Positions 13,804 to 26,222 of a stretch of DNA of 64,000 nucleotides are shown here, piece after piece; position 1 is the stretch's first letter, and each line of letters begins with the position of its first letter. Source of the stretch: Psilocybe cubensis (lineage: Eukaryota); assembly GCA_017499595.2 (NCBI GenBank), contig CM039003.1:1736001-1800000 (forward strand). The letters run 5' to 3'. The translations under genes and the position numbers were made by a program. The notes beneath the pieces were generated by a model. The model searched no databases. It was not told where the DNA came from and saw only the letters and a list, made by a program, of their open reading frames with translations.

Positions 13804-16724
13804 ATGCCCACAGGAACTCCATATAACTCTTTCATCGCACCATATAGAATTCGTGTTGATGATTTCGCCTCTATTTCCAACACAGATCCCGAAGCGACCC
13901 CGTTGCTTCATTTGCTAACGCACACGCACTCAGATCACATCAATGGGCTGTCTGCAAAGTCTTTTGGATACAATGTGATATGTTCTCATGACGCAAAAGA
14001 GATGCTTCTAAATCATCAGGTCCAAGCCGAACGGGACCTTGATAGCAAGGATTTAAGGGCCGAAAAGAAACGGACTTACTCTCACCTTAGAATCGAACCT
14101 ATGGCAAATCCGAATGCACGACAGTATTATAATGGGTCAAGAGATCTTTTGGTTAGTTTTTCTAAATGTATATATACTGCGCATATACTTACATCTAGTA
14201 CTCTGATTAGCGACCTCTGCCTCTCAACACTCCGACCCAGTTCGAACTAGACGCTAATAACTCTGTGACGATCACGTTGCTCGATGCCAATCATTGTCCT
14301 GGATCTGTCATGTAGGTTGTTGCGCAAGATCCTCATAACCATTCTGAACGTTGAAGCTGCCAGGTTTCTTGTAGAAGGCGATCGAGGTGCTGTCCTTCAC
14401 ACGGGAGACTTTCGAGCAGAGCCATGGTTCTTGGAATCAATCACTCGCAACCCGATACTTCAGCCGTACCTTTCTCCCACAGTTGAACCTCAAAATGATC
14501 TTTCGACTGAGAGCATGTCACCTGTCTTAAGCCGATCACTGGAAGCGATATATCTCGATACTGCCTGTGTCATGTCCAAGCTCAAAATCCCAACCAAGGT
14601 ATGCCTCTCCATCTTTCTATGCTTCATTTACAAACATATTTTTTATGTAGGCAGATGCAACGGCCGGGCTAATCGAGTTAATGAAACTCCTACCATCTTC
14701 GACTTATTTCTACATAAATTCGTGGACATGGGGCTATGAGGACATACTCAAAGCAATTGCGCGAGAGTTTCAATCCAAGGTGCCTAAATATTCTTTATAA
14801 AGTCTTACTTTCTGCTGAAAAAATGTAAGATTCACGTCGATGCTTACAAAAGCAAGATATACCAACGCATCTCGGATCCCTTCCTTCACATCCTCACCAC
14901 AGAAGATGAAAAATCAACCCGTTTTCATGCTTGCGAGCGGTTCAGTCGATGCGATTTTGTCTCGATAAACGATGACGATACGTTTAACACAGAACCCACC
15001 AGTGCTAAGGGAAAACATGTCGTATACATCAACCCTGTAAACATGGAGCACGACAAGTGGATGGAATATTGTAGAGAGATAAAAAACTTTGTGAAGTCGG
15101 GGCAGAAAATATATAATTTAGTAAGCAATTGTGGCTTCATGAAACAAGTTCTACTCTTGAAATTTCACAGCTTGTCCCGCTTTCGCGGCATTCATCTCTC
15201 CCAGAACTTCAAGAATTCGTTAAACTCTTTAGGCCAAAAAGAGTAGTGCCAAATACCCTTGATCCTCGCTTATTCGGGCTTGACTGGGCGTGCATTAATG
15301 CAATGTTTTCGACTTGTATTTCTCCACCTCATAGTCATGTTTCTGATGTGTTCCCCACCTCTCAACATCTCGGTATTTTGGGGAAGCATAAGCTTTCTGA
15401 AGTTGACCAAATAGATGGTGATGTGGATCTAAAAAATCTTATTGGGGCCAACACACACAGCATTGCCAAGAAATGGGTGGACCACCAGAGCATTATCAGC
15501 AAGTTCAAAGTCATTCGTGACTATGTTAGCAACAGGGAGAACGACATGATTGATCAGTTATTAGGCATTGCGAGGCCGCGCGGACGGCACCCCCTGGAGG
15601 CACCTTCATCCGATCCTCCGCAATATCTTGACAAGGGAAAAGGAAGGCAGATAATCATATCCCGATACCATGACAAGGACAGTGATGATGATACCGAAGA
15701 CAGCCACGATGAACGAGGTAGAACAGCCGATTTTCTTTTTGGCGCTCAAGCAGGAATCAACATACATGACAAAGAAAACAGTTGGCTCTCATCAGAAGCC
15801 TCTCAAGAGGGCCTTGAACTTATTGAGAACGTCGAGCATACGAATGTAATACTTCCCATCAAAGGAAAGCAGGGGCCAGCACAAGATGGAGCATGGAGAT
15901 TGAACTGTCTGACGCCTGAATCGTCGCCAGTACAAAAACTAAAGAAAGCATCAGGATCGTCTCCAACGACGCCGACCCCAATGAAACAGAGACCTCCCGT
16001 ACGTCGCGCTGGCCCCGGTTCTATAAGTAACCCCTCTTCCCGACATATTCTTACACCTAAAGTCAATCAACCTGTCCGAATTCCGAATAATGCGAACTCT
16101 GGTGGAAGCCATTCTTTCCCTATATGTTTAGTTTCTTCTTCCCCAGAAATGTCCTTCAAATCTAGGTCTAATGGGTTGTCCCATTCATCTCCGACAACAA
16201 ACGGACCTATCAACGGTAGAATTTCAGGAACGCCACCCGAGCCTTCCAGTAGGCAGGCGGTCAAGAGGAAGATAACGACATCGTTCAAAGCTTCCATAGA
16301 ATATGCTGAGCGCTCTACCATTAGTTCGCACTCTAATGCCAACGCCAAACGGCGCAAACTGGACCCAGTGCTTTCTACGATTACTTCAAAACGTGAACAA
16401 AAGTGTGCAAAACCTCCTGCTACTCCCTCTGCTAAGCACCACACAAGGCCCTTGTTGCAATCTCATTCTACAATCCCCTTTATACCATCGGAGAACGAAC
16501 AACAACAGCGAGAGCGTATCCGAACGTCTGATAACCTTGCGATGCTCTACCCTGACCGTGTTGACCCGTCTTATCCAACCAAAAGAACTAAACAACTAGC
16601 AAGGATGGAGCGGAAACGCCAAACTCCTGCGAACGAGACTGCGGTCACGTCGAACTCATTGCTGTCGACGCCTCGTAGGCAATTTCTGTTGCCTGTCCCT
16701 ACTATCCTGGACATGGATATTTAA
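13804..16724 (+). CDS. Artemis/SNM1-family beta-CASP DNA repair nuclease with long low-complexity C-terminus
   Basis: Motifs LLTHTHSDH, DANHCPGS, LHTGDFRAE, IYLDT, WTWGYE, VPLSRHSSLPELQEFV...PKRVVPN. Confidence 0.88.
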
Positions 16725-17158
16725 TGGAAAGATAGATATTGAACAGTGCACTTTTGAAGAAGATAGTCATGAACGATCGCGCAGACATATGTACTGTACT
16801 CTGACCCGCAAAGATGATAACAGGAGATGGTTGATAACTTTGCAGATGCGAAGCTATCTCTTTAATCCTGTTTCTCATTGCATATCATTATTTCTATTTA
16901 TGCTCGCTAAATATCTGCAGAAAATCAATAATTCAGTATCAATCTTGCACTATCCGTGATCCTTGACAGTTAAACATCCTTTTTCAGCAAGCAGTTCTTC
17001 ACCGTTGTTGAGAAATGTGGAACATCAAGTCTGATGGGGATATTCTTCTCAGGCCTGTTCGTTTAGGTTCCCAGGGAAAGTGCTATGCCCTAATCAGCTT
17101 AACTACACAGCGAATGTGGTAGTGAGCTTAGCTCTTCCTTTTACTCCCTTATTTTCAG

Positions 17159-19315
17159 ATGGCAGAGACTGTAATTGTCCTCAGTACAACTGAATTGGAA
17201 GGAACCTTTGGTGTGTTATTCATTGGTACGTTTCCCTTAATCTTCGATGAGCTTCGCAAGTGATGTCTTTGCAGGTTACATTTTAACCATGGTGGCATAT
17301 GGGTTCACTTTCTTTCGTGCGCAATTTTGCCTCCAGTGGATGACTATGCTGATGTCCGGTGTGCAGAAACGTATACCTATTATTCCCGTTTCCCACTGGA
17401 CCATAGAGGCCTCAAAGCGATGGTATTGGGCTGTGATCTTATAACTGCGTCCGGCGTTTTGCTGATCCCAAAGCCACTAATGGGTCAAAGGTCGCTTGCA
17501 TCTGGTGTGTACAACATATTTTTCATACTCGGTGCAAATCTTAAGCAAAAGTCAGTATTTTCGACACTTTAAATTCTGCTTTGAGTGAGCGACTTTGATC
17601 ATCGGCCATCAAATAATCCCAATACCTGATACTCATTTTGGCTTACTCTTCCAGTTTCACACACGTCTGTTTAATATTTGTTCTTACAACGTATACAATT
17701 AACATTTTAGCCCAGTTGTTTTCGTTATCTCGTTGTAATCTTTCCTTTAACGACAGGTCTTGTTCAAGCAACGGCGACCTTTTGTGTCTGTACTTTCAGT
17801 GTCTCCCAATGAATGTCATCGCACTCACAGCACTCTTAACAGACTGAGATTGCTTTATCTGTACGTCTTTTTTTTTTAGAAATCGGTGTGATGTGCCCAA
17901 TGAACTCGTCTTTTAGGCTCTTATTATATTTGTTGTGCAAATGTATGCCTTGGTCATCTTACTATACTCCAATCTGAACAAAATGACTCCCCAGATACTA
18001 TTCATATCGGATCTGGCATGGTGTGTACACTCTCCGTGGAGAAGCTAGACTGGTAAAATTAATTAGTCAATTGACAGCTAGTAAAAACGCGCTCGTAGTG
18101 GGCGCCATTGTACGTTTTCGTTTCTCCTTTCAAAGCGAACAGTATTGACTCCTTCATAGCTTCTAGTTTCTTCTACGGCATTCGGTATGTGTCATTCGTA
18201 CTACCGATATTCACTATCCCCCAGAATTTTTTCTTGCTTACTGCTGCTGCTGCTGCTTTGTACCCTTCAGCATTGGGAATAGGTATGTTGACGTGTTGTA
18301 TCCGGGCCTTCATTCATGACAAAGTCGTCTACAGTTGGTTCCGCCAGGTTGTCAGTGAAACAAAAAATTCTTCAATACCCATCGAAATATCTGAACGTGG
18401 ACTCATTTACAGAGCAATTGATCCAGTATTCGCATCACTGTATAATTGGCATACCAAGGTACCGATTCTCAGTGCACCAAACCGTTAGAGAAACCTAATA
18501 TCTGGTACAGAGAATCGTGGCATCCTCCTATGTGCTTGTCACACTCTCAGGCCTAATTTCTTTCATTGCAAACTGCTTCTTTCTGCGACCCGCACGCGAA
18601 AGTTTAGTCTCTTTACCGTCTGTATAACTTGCTTTATCCGTGTTTCAAAATTCACACATGCTTTTCTACAGAAAAACGGTACTCTGCGACATAGCTTGCA
18701 CATATGCTATATCTAGAGGCCTGTTGGCGACAATCTCCGAATTGTGCCTACTTATAACGGTAAGTACACATCTATTGGCCACAACTTGGGAAAGGATGCT
18801 GATGGGGTGATTTCTTAGTTTGTATCAATTTCTACAAAACCTATTTGGATGGTGTTCCATCTCGTAACTAGTAAAGGTACGCATACATTAGTGCTCGCGG
18901 TTCAACATGGCCAGTCTCACAAAGTCACACTACGCGCAGTTTTCATCAACAGTCTTCTAAGAATGTTGGACATTTTTTGTTCGAGTTCAGAACATTCTAC
19001 TGACTGCTGACACTCCCTATATCTAGGTTGAACTCGAGAGAAGTTATTCGTGGGATGGGCGTCTATGAAGAAGATATTAGTACATACAGAACCCAGAGTT
19101 CTCGTACCGAAAATGAACATCACGTTAGCTCCAATTTCATATTTGTCGTCCATGGGGAACACGGCGCTCGTTCGACCTGCATTGAATCAAGAACGAACAA
19201 AGTTGGATATGACGAACGTAGTAATGCCAATGACTCAAATGAATTTTCCTGGCCAGGTAGGCCTTCTTTAAATCATGTTATTGTGGGATGTATTGCTTAA
19301 GCGTGTCAAAAATAA
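17159..19315 (+). CDS. Agaricomycete multi-pass membrane protein (DUF6534-type), many small exons; internal exon boundaries uncertain
   Basis: Spliced N-terminus MAETVIVLSTTELEGTFGVLFI|GYILTMVAYGFTFF|QTYTYYSRFPLDHRGLK, hydrophobic microexons, and a C-terminal LNSRE motif typical of this family. Confidence 0.65.
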
Positions 19316-19532
19316 CAGAAAACAGCGTCATTACGAACAAAGGCCCTGAAGCAATGTAGTTGAACATGTTTCCAATCCCCTTTTATAAATGAAAATAATC
19401 CTACCTGCTGTGGTTGAGTAACGAACAGTGGCATCTGGGATCAACTGGATATTCAATATATGGTAGCTTTGAGTTTTGAAAGGGTATTGCATTATGATAT
19501 ATTGACATAAATATTGTTTGCGATGGGTATCT

Positions 19533-21777
19533 TCAACAAATGCGAATCCGTCCAACGGAAGGGTCGTGGTCGCTGATGCGAACGCTCAGCGAGGGCGACC
19601 AGTTGTTTACATGAATGTGTTCAAACTTTGCACCCCGCAATTTTATGGCGTCAGAAACAAGGGCATGGTCGAGTTGCTGAGAATTCTGGTCAAAAACGTA
19701 GCTATACCTCTCCTCGACAGGAATTTTCGCAACTTCGTCGATATCGGTAAGGAGTTTTGTGAGTGGCTGGTACACTGAGCGAGTCTGGATATACTCATTG
19801 AAGTCACCGGCAACGACAATATTGGCAAGAGGGTTTTTGGCCAAGATAGCTTTGACGAAGGTCTAGTTTTTGAAAAATTATTCACCTATTAAGGGAGCTA
19901 GTATACAGAAAACTTACGGCAACCGAAGTCACTTGACCAGTGCGAGCATCAATTGGCGAATTGACGGGTGGTCTGGCATCACCTTGAGTGGAGCTACTGC
20001 CTCCCTTAGAACTGAGATGGAGGTTGATGGTGAAAAGATTGGCCCCCAACTTCGTTGTCCAATGTGCAACGAGGGGTTTCCTGGTAGCGTTCCAGACGGG
20101 ATTAAGAGGGTCAATACGCCCTGGATTTAAACTAACGAAAGGAGATTGAGTAAAACGACGGAAGCGATTAGAAACTTTTACCAAACCTCAACTGGGGGTT
20201 CAAGAAATGACCACTGACCTGGGTGGCGTCAAGTGCACCACCGGCAGGAGCGTTACCGACTAGTTTAAGCTTTTCAGGTCGGTATCTTGGCAAATATTAT
20301 GTCAAAATCTACCTTTTATTTAAATACAAAAACTTGCTTACAGGAACGCGGTTCTGATATTTCCCCCAGGTTGTCCTCCATCTTGGCCGTCGACTGGATC
20401 GATAGTGGTAAAGGAGTATGTCACATTGCTGATTTGAGCAATAGCGTTGACCAGGTTTGACAGGGTAACGTTTGCAGAAACAGTGCCATCATTCGTTGGG
20501 CCAGAGTTGTCTTGAATTTCTTGAAGGAACATAATGTCTGGGGTACGGAGAAGGTTCGCAATATGCGACGCAACATCTGGGATATGCTTAGAGGTTGGTG
20601 CCATATTTTCTACCTGTAGTTACTGTTCTTTAGCGAGAGTTTCGGTACTTTTCAGATCAACTAACATTATAGTCACCAAATGTGACGGAGCAGAAATCGA
20701 TTTTGCTGGATGCAAAAGATGCAGCAGGAACTGTGGGGTCAGGTGTAGAAATGATTTTCGGTGCTGTGAGGGGAAGAACATAGAAAAATCCAAACCTGAC
20801 TATGAATATCAGAGGCTAGCTTTCTCCTATATTCGAAGTTTAAACACGAACTGATAGTGAACGACACCAGTGATGTCCGTCAACCCGACACCAACAGCAG
20901 TTTGAGGGTTTTTGGTCGAGTCGAGAGGAGAACCGACGATGATAGTTTCTGGATTACCATCAGGAATGCCACCGGGACCTTGAGAAAATTGAAAGCGTGA
21001 GATAAGATAATGGAGGCATAACTAACTGCTTACCAAAGTTAATGGTCAGACCTCCACGACTGTTCTTTCCAGTTACTTTCCAGTCTCCACGTACCCAAAA
21101 TTCGCCAAAGTTGTTTTGGAATGCGGTGGCAAATGGCTTAGGAATCGTTACCAGTTGACCCTCGAGACTCTCCCAGAAGTCCATACCAAACTTGTCTGGC
21201 TGTAAGGTAGCATTCGTTGTCGAGACGAGGCTTCGGTTGTTGGGGACGGAAAGGAAACCATCCGCACCGCTATCCAATACATTAAATTGTTGAGTAGGAG
21301 GGCTTCTGTCTCGCCCAAGAATGACTGGTGTTACAGTGTTGTTCGAAGACAGAACCGTGATATTGGAGGGACTTTCAAGTTCAGTAATGAATAGATTGTT
21401 GGGAGAGGAGGCCAATCTGAACTCGGATACACGGCCACCTAAAGAAATAAAATCTCCGACGGCCACTGATTTTAACACAGTGGATGAAGTGGAGAAGACA
21501 AAGAGACCATTCGACTTCCTGATATCAGCTGATTTCTCTCCGAGGATATAGAATCCATTTGAGGCCTTAATTCAAGATGTAAGTTATTCTAAAGCGTATA
21601 TATTCTCTGCGAGTGACTACTGTTACGTACCTTCGCTGTAACTACCCCAGTGACGTTCTGAACAGTCTGACCGTTTAAAGGGCTCAGGTAGGAGGAGCCC
21701 TGAATGTCCGTCACCGAGACAGAGGAAACAGCGGACAGACACGAAGTCAGCAGAAGGAGAGCGTATAGCCTTGCCAT
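19533..21777 (-). CDS. Secreted endonuclease/exonuclease/phosphatase-family nuclease (ExeM/NucH-like)
   Basis: Signal peptide MARLYALLLLTSCLSAVSS, then DIQGSSYLSPL, FWESLEGQLV, PDIMFLQEIQDNSG, NLHLSSKGG, VVAGDFNE, QQLDH and ISDHDPSVGR. Confidence 0.88.
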
Positions 21778-22468
21778 GATCGCGCCGAATACCTCTGAGA
21801 GTATCCGAGAAAAACCGCGAGCCAACTGGGTGAACTGCAAGCATTATACGACTATAAGTACGATGGGTATCCGATAATGTTAGGCACGTTTTACAGTTTG
21901 AGCACATGCAACATGCGTTATTTCTCCCAACCCCAACATTGCTGAGAAACGATATCTGATGCCGACCGCGTGAGGCGTGTTGGCGCGAGATACGGAAGGA
22001 GTTGAGCACCCTGAATATTATGGCTTGGAGTCTACGCTGTCAGACGGCCTGACAGCGTGCAATCAAGGATGCATTGTCCGCATGGTTTGAATCAGGAGAG
22101 AGCCCTTTGTGTGGACGATACAAGTGCCATAAGAGGAAGATAGAGAAGCGCACGTGGTAAGTCGAGACTGAGAGAAAGACAATCATGAGCTTATCATCAC
22201 ACAAATGCATTACAACGGTCATGGAGACCGTAGTTATATGTAGTAGTCCAAAGTTCTCTTGGAAATTCACGCATAATGAAAACACTACCCCTGGGTAATT
22301 ATTGCCACGAAAAAAAAACAGGTACTAATACAGTTGGCATAAAACAACGTACTTCTAATCCAAATAAAATTCAAGGAATTAAAGGCGTATACATAGAATG
22401 TCCAGTGAGCCGGTCTGGGCATCTTGTGAGGAAAATATATTCGAAAATCGTGTCACTTTCCACTTCAA

Positions 22469-23860
22469 TTAGACTCCGTTAGCGGCGCGGCATTGGTTAG
22501 TTTGTGCGTCGCACTGGCCAACAGTAAGACCTGAAGCCCTACCGGCAGCCGAGTTAGCAACATTGGCACACTGATTGTGTTGAATGTCGCATGATCGTCC
22601 AATGGCAGCCGCCTTGTTGAGGAAAGAGTCGGAGCCGGCAACAATGAATCCACGGCCTCCAGCAGTTACAGCAGGTGCAGAGACGTTACCGACTTATACA
22701 CTGCTTGAGTAATTGTATGTAAGAAGCAACTGGGACAGACTCACGTTTTCCAGTGAAAGCTTGGAGATTGCCATTGCCGGTAGCAGGAGCGTTTCCACTT
22801 AAATTTGTAGTTCAGTCAGCATATCAAATCCGGAGAAATTTTGGACACTTACGCAGGAGCAGCGGCTGTGGGAGTCGCCCCAGGGGCATTGACAGTAACA
22901 GTTACGATGTTGGCTAAATCATTGTCAAGAATGTAGAAATAGGTCCAAATGACGACCCGACTTACTGACTACAGGGCACTCTCCGCTGTTGTCAACGGTG
23001 CCTGTGCCGGTACCAGCGACTGCTGCGTTGATTTCCGCGGCAGTAGCATCCTCCACTAACCGATTCTGCGTGAAAATACAACCGACGGGGTCGTTTAAAT
23101 CGTCACAAGTATTTCCCTTAGCAGTTGCATCATCGAGTCTTCCTGGTGCAAACGTTCCAGACTTCAGAGCGTCTTGAGGGTTGCCTCCGACTTTGGCAAT
23201 CTGTTTGGCAAGCTCAAGGGTGATCGCTTTGTTGACCGCCTTAGCATTGGTCGAAGCAGGATCCTGCAAATATAACATTTCAGTAACGTGAGCTCATAAA
23301 TGAAGTACGAAAGCATACCTGATGTTGTTGTATAGCAGCAATTTCAGGATTTACAGCTTTGAGGCTGTTGCATTTGGCGGAAGTTTGGCCAATGCGACCT
23401 GTGTTTCTCTCCAAGGCGCGATAGATTAAAGCAGCCACCATTCCCTGAACGTCTCCACGAGCCTTGGCATTAGTGAATGCCTGGTCAGCTGTAGCTTGTT
23501 GAAGACAATCAATATCCTGGAAGCATTGTCAACATATTGATGAATGGATTGAAAGGGACGTCGCACAGTAATCTTTCCAGCTCCTGCAGCGGCAGCGGCA
23601 TTGCCAAGGAGTGCAAAGACAGGATCCTGAATCTGGTTGGGATTGTTCAGGTTAAGATTGGTTCGAACGGTGGTCAAGAACTGTTCATGTGAATGTTCTA
23701 CAAATTATTAATAACATCGTTCCATTAGCGTCATTGAAAGATGCTGTCAGAACGGACAATAACTTTTACCTTGGGGAACTTCACGTTTATAAACCGGAGC
23801 GGAGAGAGTAGAAGACAGTGTACAGGCGAGAGTAAGGAGTGTGACAAGATTTTGGAACAT
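22469..23860 (-). CDS. Secreted Cys-containing fungal protein of unknown function, multi-exon
   Basis: Signal peptide, KR site, then EVPQ|EHSHEQFLTTVRTNL...DPVFALLGNAAAAAGAG. Ala/Thr-rich linker and C-terminal RSCDIQHNQCAN...QCDAQTNQC module. Confidence 0.8.
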
Positions 23861-25140
23861 TTTGGCCAATAACTCTGGATGGAATATATCAAAAGATCGA
23901 AAAGTACTCGTTGAAAATGTCAACGTTGGAAAGAAAGGAAACGCCTGCGACTTCAAAGAGGTAGGCAAGCATCAGTCGAAAGAAAACAATGAAGACAGAC
24001 GAGTCGAAGCTTACAGGAAAATGAAAAAGACGGACAAGAACCTGTCTTGGGTGGCAAAGAAAGTAGTGGAATAGAGATACATATTTTGTTGAAAAAGCCT
24101 TATATATGTATCCCGACGACTTTGTTATGCCTTCCTATTGGATCTTTCTCTCGCTAGTTGTAACCAGGGCAATAATTGGTCACGATAGCCGGAATGGCCT
24201 GGGTTAGCCAAGACAAGGTGTAGCTAGGAGTTGCTGTGAATGATGTTTTCTTTCCGATGAGAAAACGGCATACGCACATGACGGGAAAACTAATCCTATC
24301 ATGAACTAGACATAACAGTCTGTTGTCAGGCAGATCGTCCCAAAGTTATCCCAAAAACGTGGGTGAGGCAGCAGATAGGAAGTCCTCATTGATATTTATA
24401 GACCAGTAAATCGATACGCCATCCCCGTTTGCCAAAATGGGTCCGAGACTCCGAAATGATTGTACTCGTATATACGGTACGAAGGGGTGAAGGTTGCACG
24501 CATAAATTCCGAACATGGGGCAAGCCTTGATCGTTGTCACCAACCGTGTCACCTAGATGTCGCCAGACCTACAGTGACCAGTCAACTTTGATTAGTGATT
24601 CACTGGAGAGTAAGTATAGTCAGTATTCACATTTAAAAAGAGGAAGATTAATTTTGGTTGTTAGTACTCTGTAGGTGTAAGGCCTGACGCCTAGCTCATA
24701 TATGGCAGTAATGTCCATTGTCTGCATTGGACATTGATAAATTGAGGAGCCACTCATAAACATAAGCCACACAAAACTTATATATATATATAAAGAGCGT
24801 AAACAGATAACGGCAAAGTGCTCACTATCTGTGCAACTGACACGAAAATTTTGGTCTCAATATCGCAACACGAGGGGATTATGTTCCTGATCTATATTAG
24901 TATATATAAAGCAAGAGCTAAGGCCTCTGTTCAGAAGGAGCAAGCAGACAATTAGATTTCAGTGTTCAGTTGTTACAGATCCTGCAGTTCAGGTCGCAAA
25001 AAGGTATGTCGTCTGATTTTCGTTCTTTGGGTTGACATCCATTTATTCCACTCACCAGATATCGGATGAGACATCTCACGCTAGTATGTGCAAAAAAACA
25101 TCGCAAAATAACGGGAAGAAAGGCCATTTTATGATCTAAT

Positions 25141-25856
25141 TCAAATCCGCACTGCGGTTGATTCTTTCTGGGACAGTTTCTGCAGATCTTGTTCTAATAA
25201 TGATTTCAGTATAGAAAATTATTCAGACAATGGCAAAACATCACATACGGATACCCCATACATGTGCTCTTAGGTCCAAAAATTCTAAAGACATGTCATT
25301 TTCCTATAGAGTAAGATGATGTCCATAGTACTTACCAACATGGAGTCCATCGTATAACTTTTTGACTTCGGTTCGCACCCTAGAAATGTCTTCTTTAGTA
25401 GCGGAGGCATCAGCCAATGCCTTCAAGTCCTTTTCCACAGATTCTATCCTTCGAACATGGGCAGTGACCTGATAATATATAGTTAGCTCTGCCGACACCT
25501 AACTTTAAGAGCAGCAATGACCTTCTCGGTGCTGAGCTTGAGCTCTTCAACGCTAGCCTGGAGCGCGGCTGAGGCTTTCTGATATTCATCAAGTAGGTGG
25601 TATGCGGCAAAGGAGGATGCCAGAGAGAATCCAAACAAAAAACCAACAATTCTATGGACAGTACTCAGTACAACTCAATCACGACGTTTATTGCTTACCC
25701 TCCACGGAAACCTCCAACTGGTTTCTTTTGGACCTGAACAGCGCCAACAGTTGATGTAGCTTCACTACGCGCCACCGCAGTCGTGTGGATACCACAGCGC
25801 TGAGAGACAGGTAGGACCAGTCTTGACCGACAGGCTAAGCGCGCAACAGAAGTCAT
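25141..25856 (-). CDS. Conserved fungal single-TM coiled-coil protein, probably mitochondrial
   Basis: Arg-rich N-terminus MTSVARLACRSRL, KKPVGGFRGG|IVGFLFGFSLASSFAAYHLLDEY TM segment, coiled coil, ends ...ESTAVRI*. Confidence 0.75.
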
Positions 25857-26222
25857 TCTAGGGTATGTAGTTGGCTATAAGCTGTATGCCACCCCTTCAC
25901 GAATACATCCGGATTCCGTATTTCGTCCACGTGATTATGCGCGATGTGAGTTGCGAAGTCTGAGTTCCATTGTCACTTCACAGGTCAGTGTCGATTTCTA
26001 TTGAAACATTGAGGTCCACACCTTCCAGCTTTTCATATATCAGCATTCAAACATCTATTGCTTGTTTTTTTGCATCTCTTGGCTATAATCTTTGGGCAGG
26101 TCTTAGTCAAGGTCGATGCGAAAGCAAGTCCCAATATTCGCTGGATCCAAAATTGTTACGACGACGCTTGCCTATTAACGCGACTGGGATCGCACATATT
26201 GAACACTTAAGCTACCAGGAAT

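Noticed and set aside
4808..16724. Three MBL-fold genes within 12 kb (two lactonase-like plus Artemis-like)
   Set aside because: The beta-CASP nuclease is a distant, functionally unrelated subfamily, so the proximity looks coincidental.
24775..24795. (TA)n tract
   Set aside because: Ordinary short microsatellite or TATA-like sequence.
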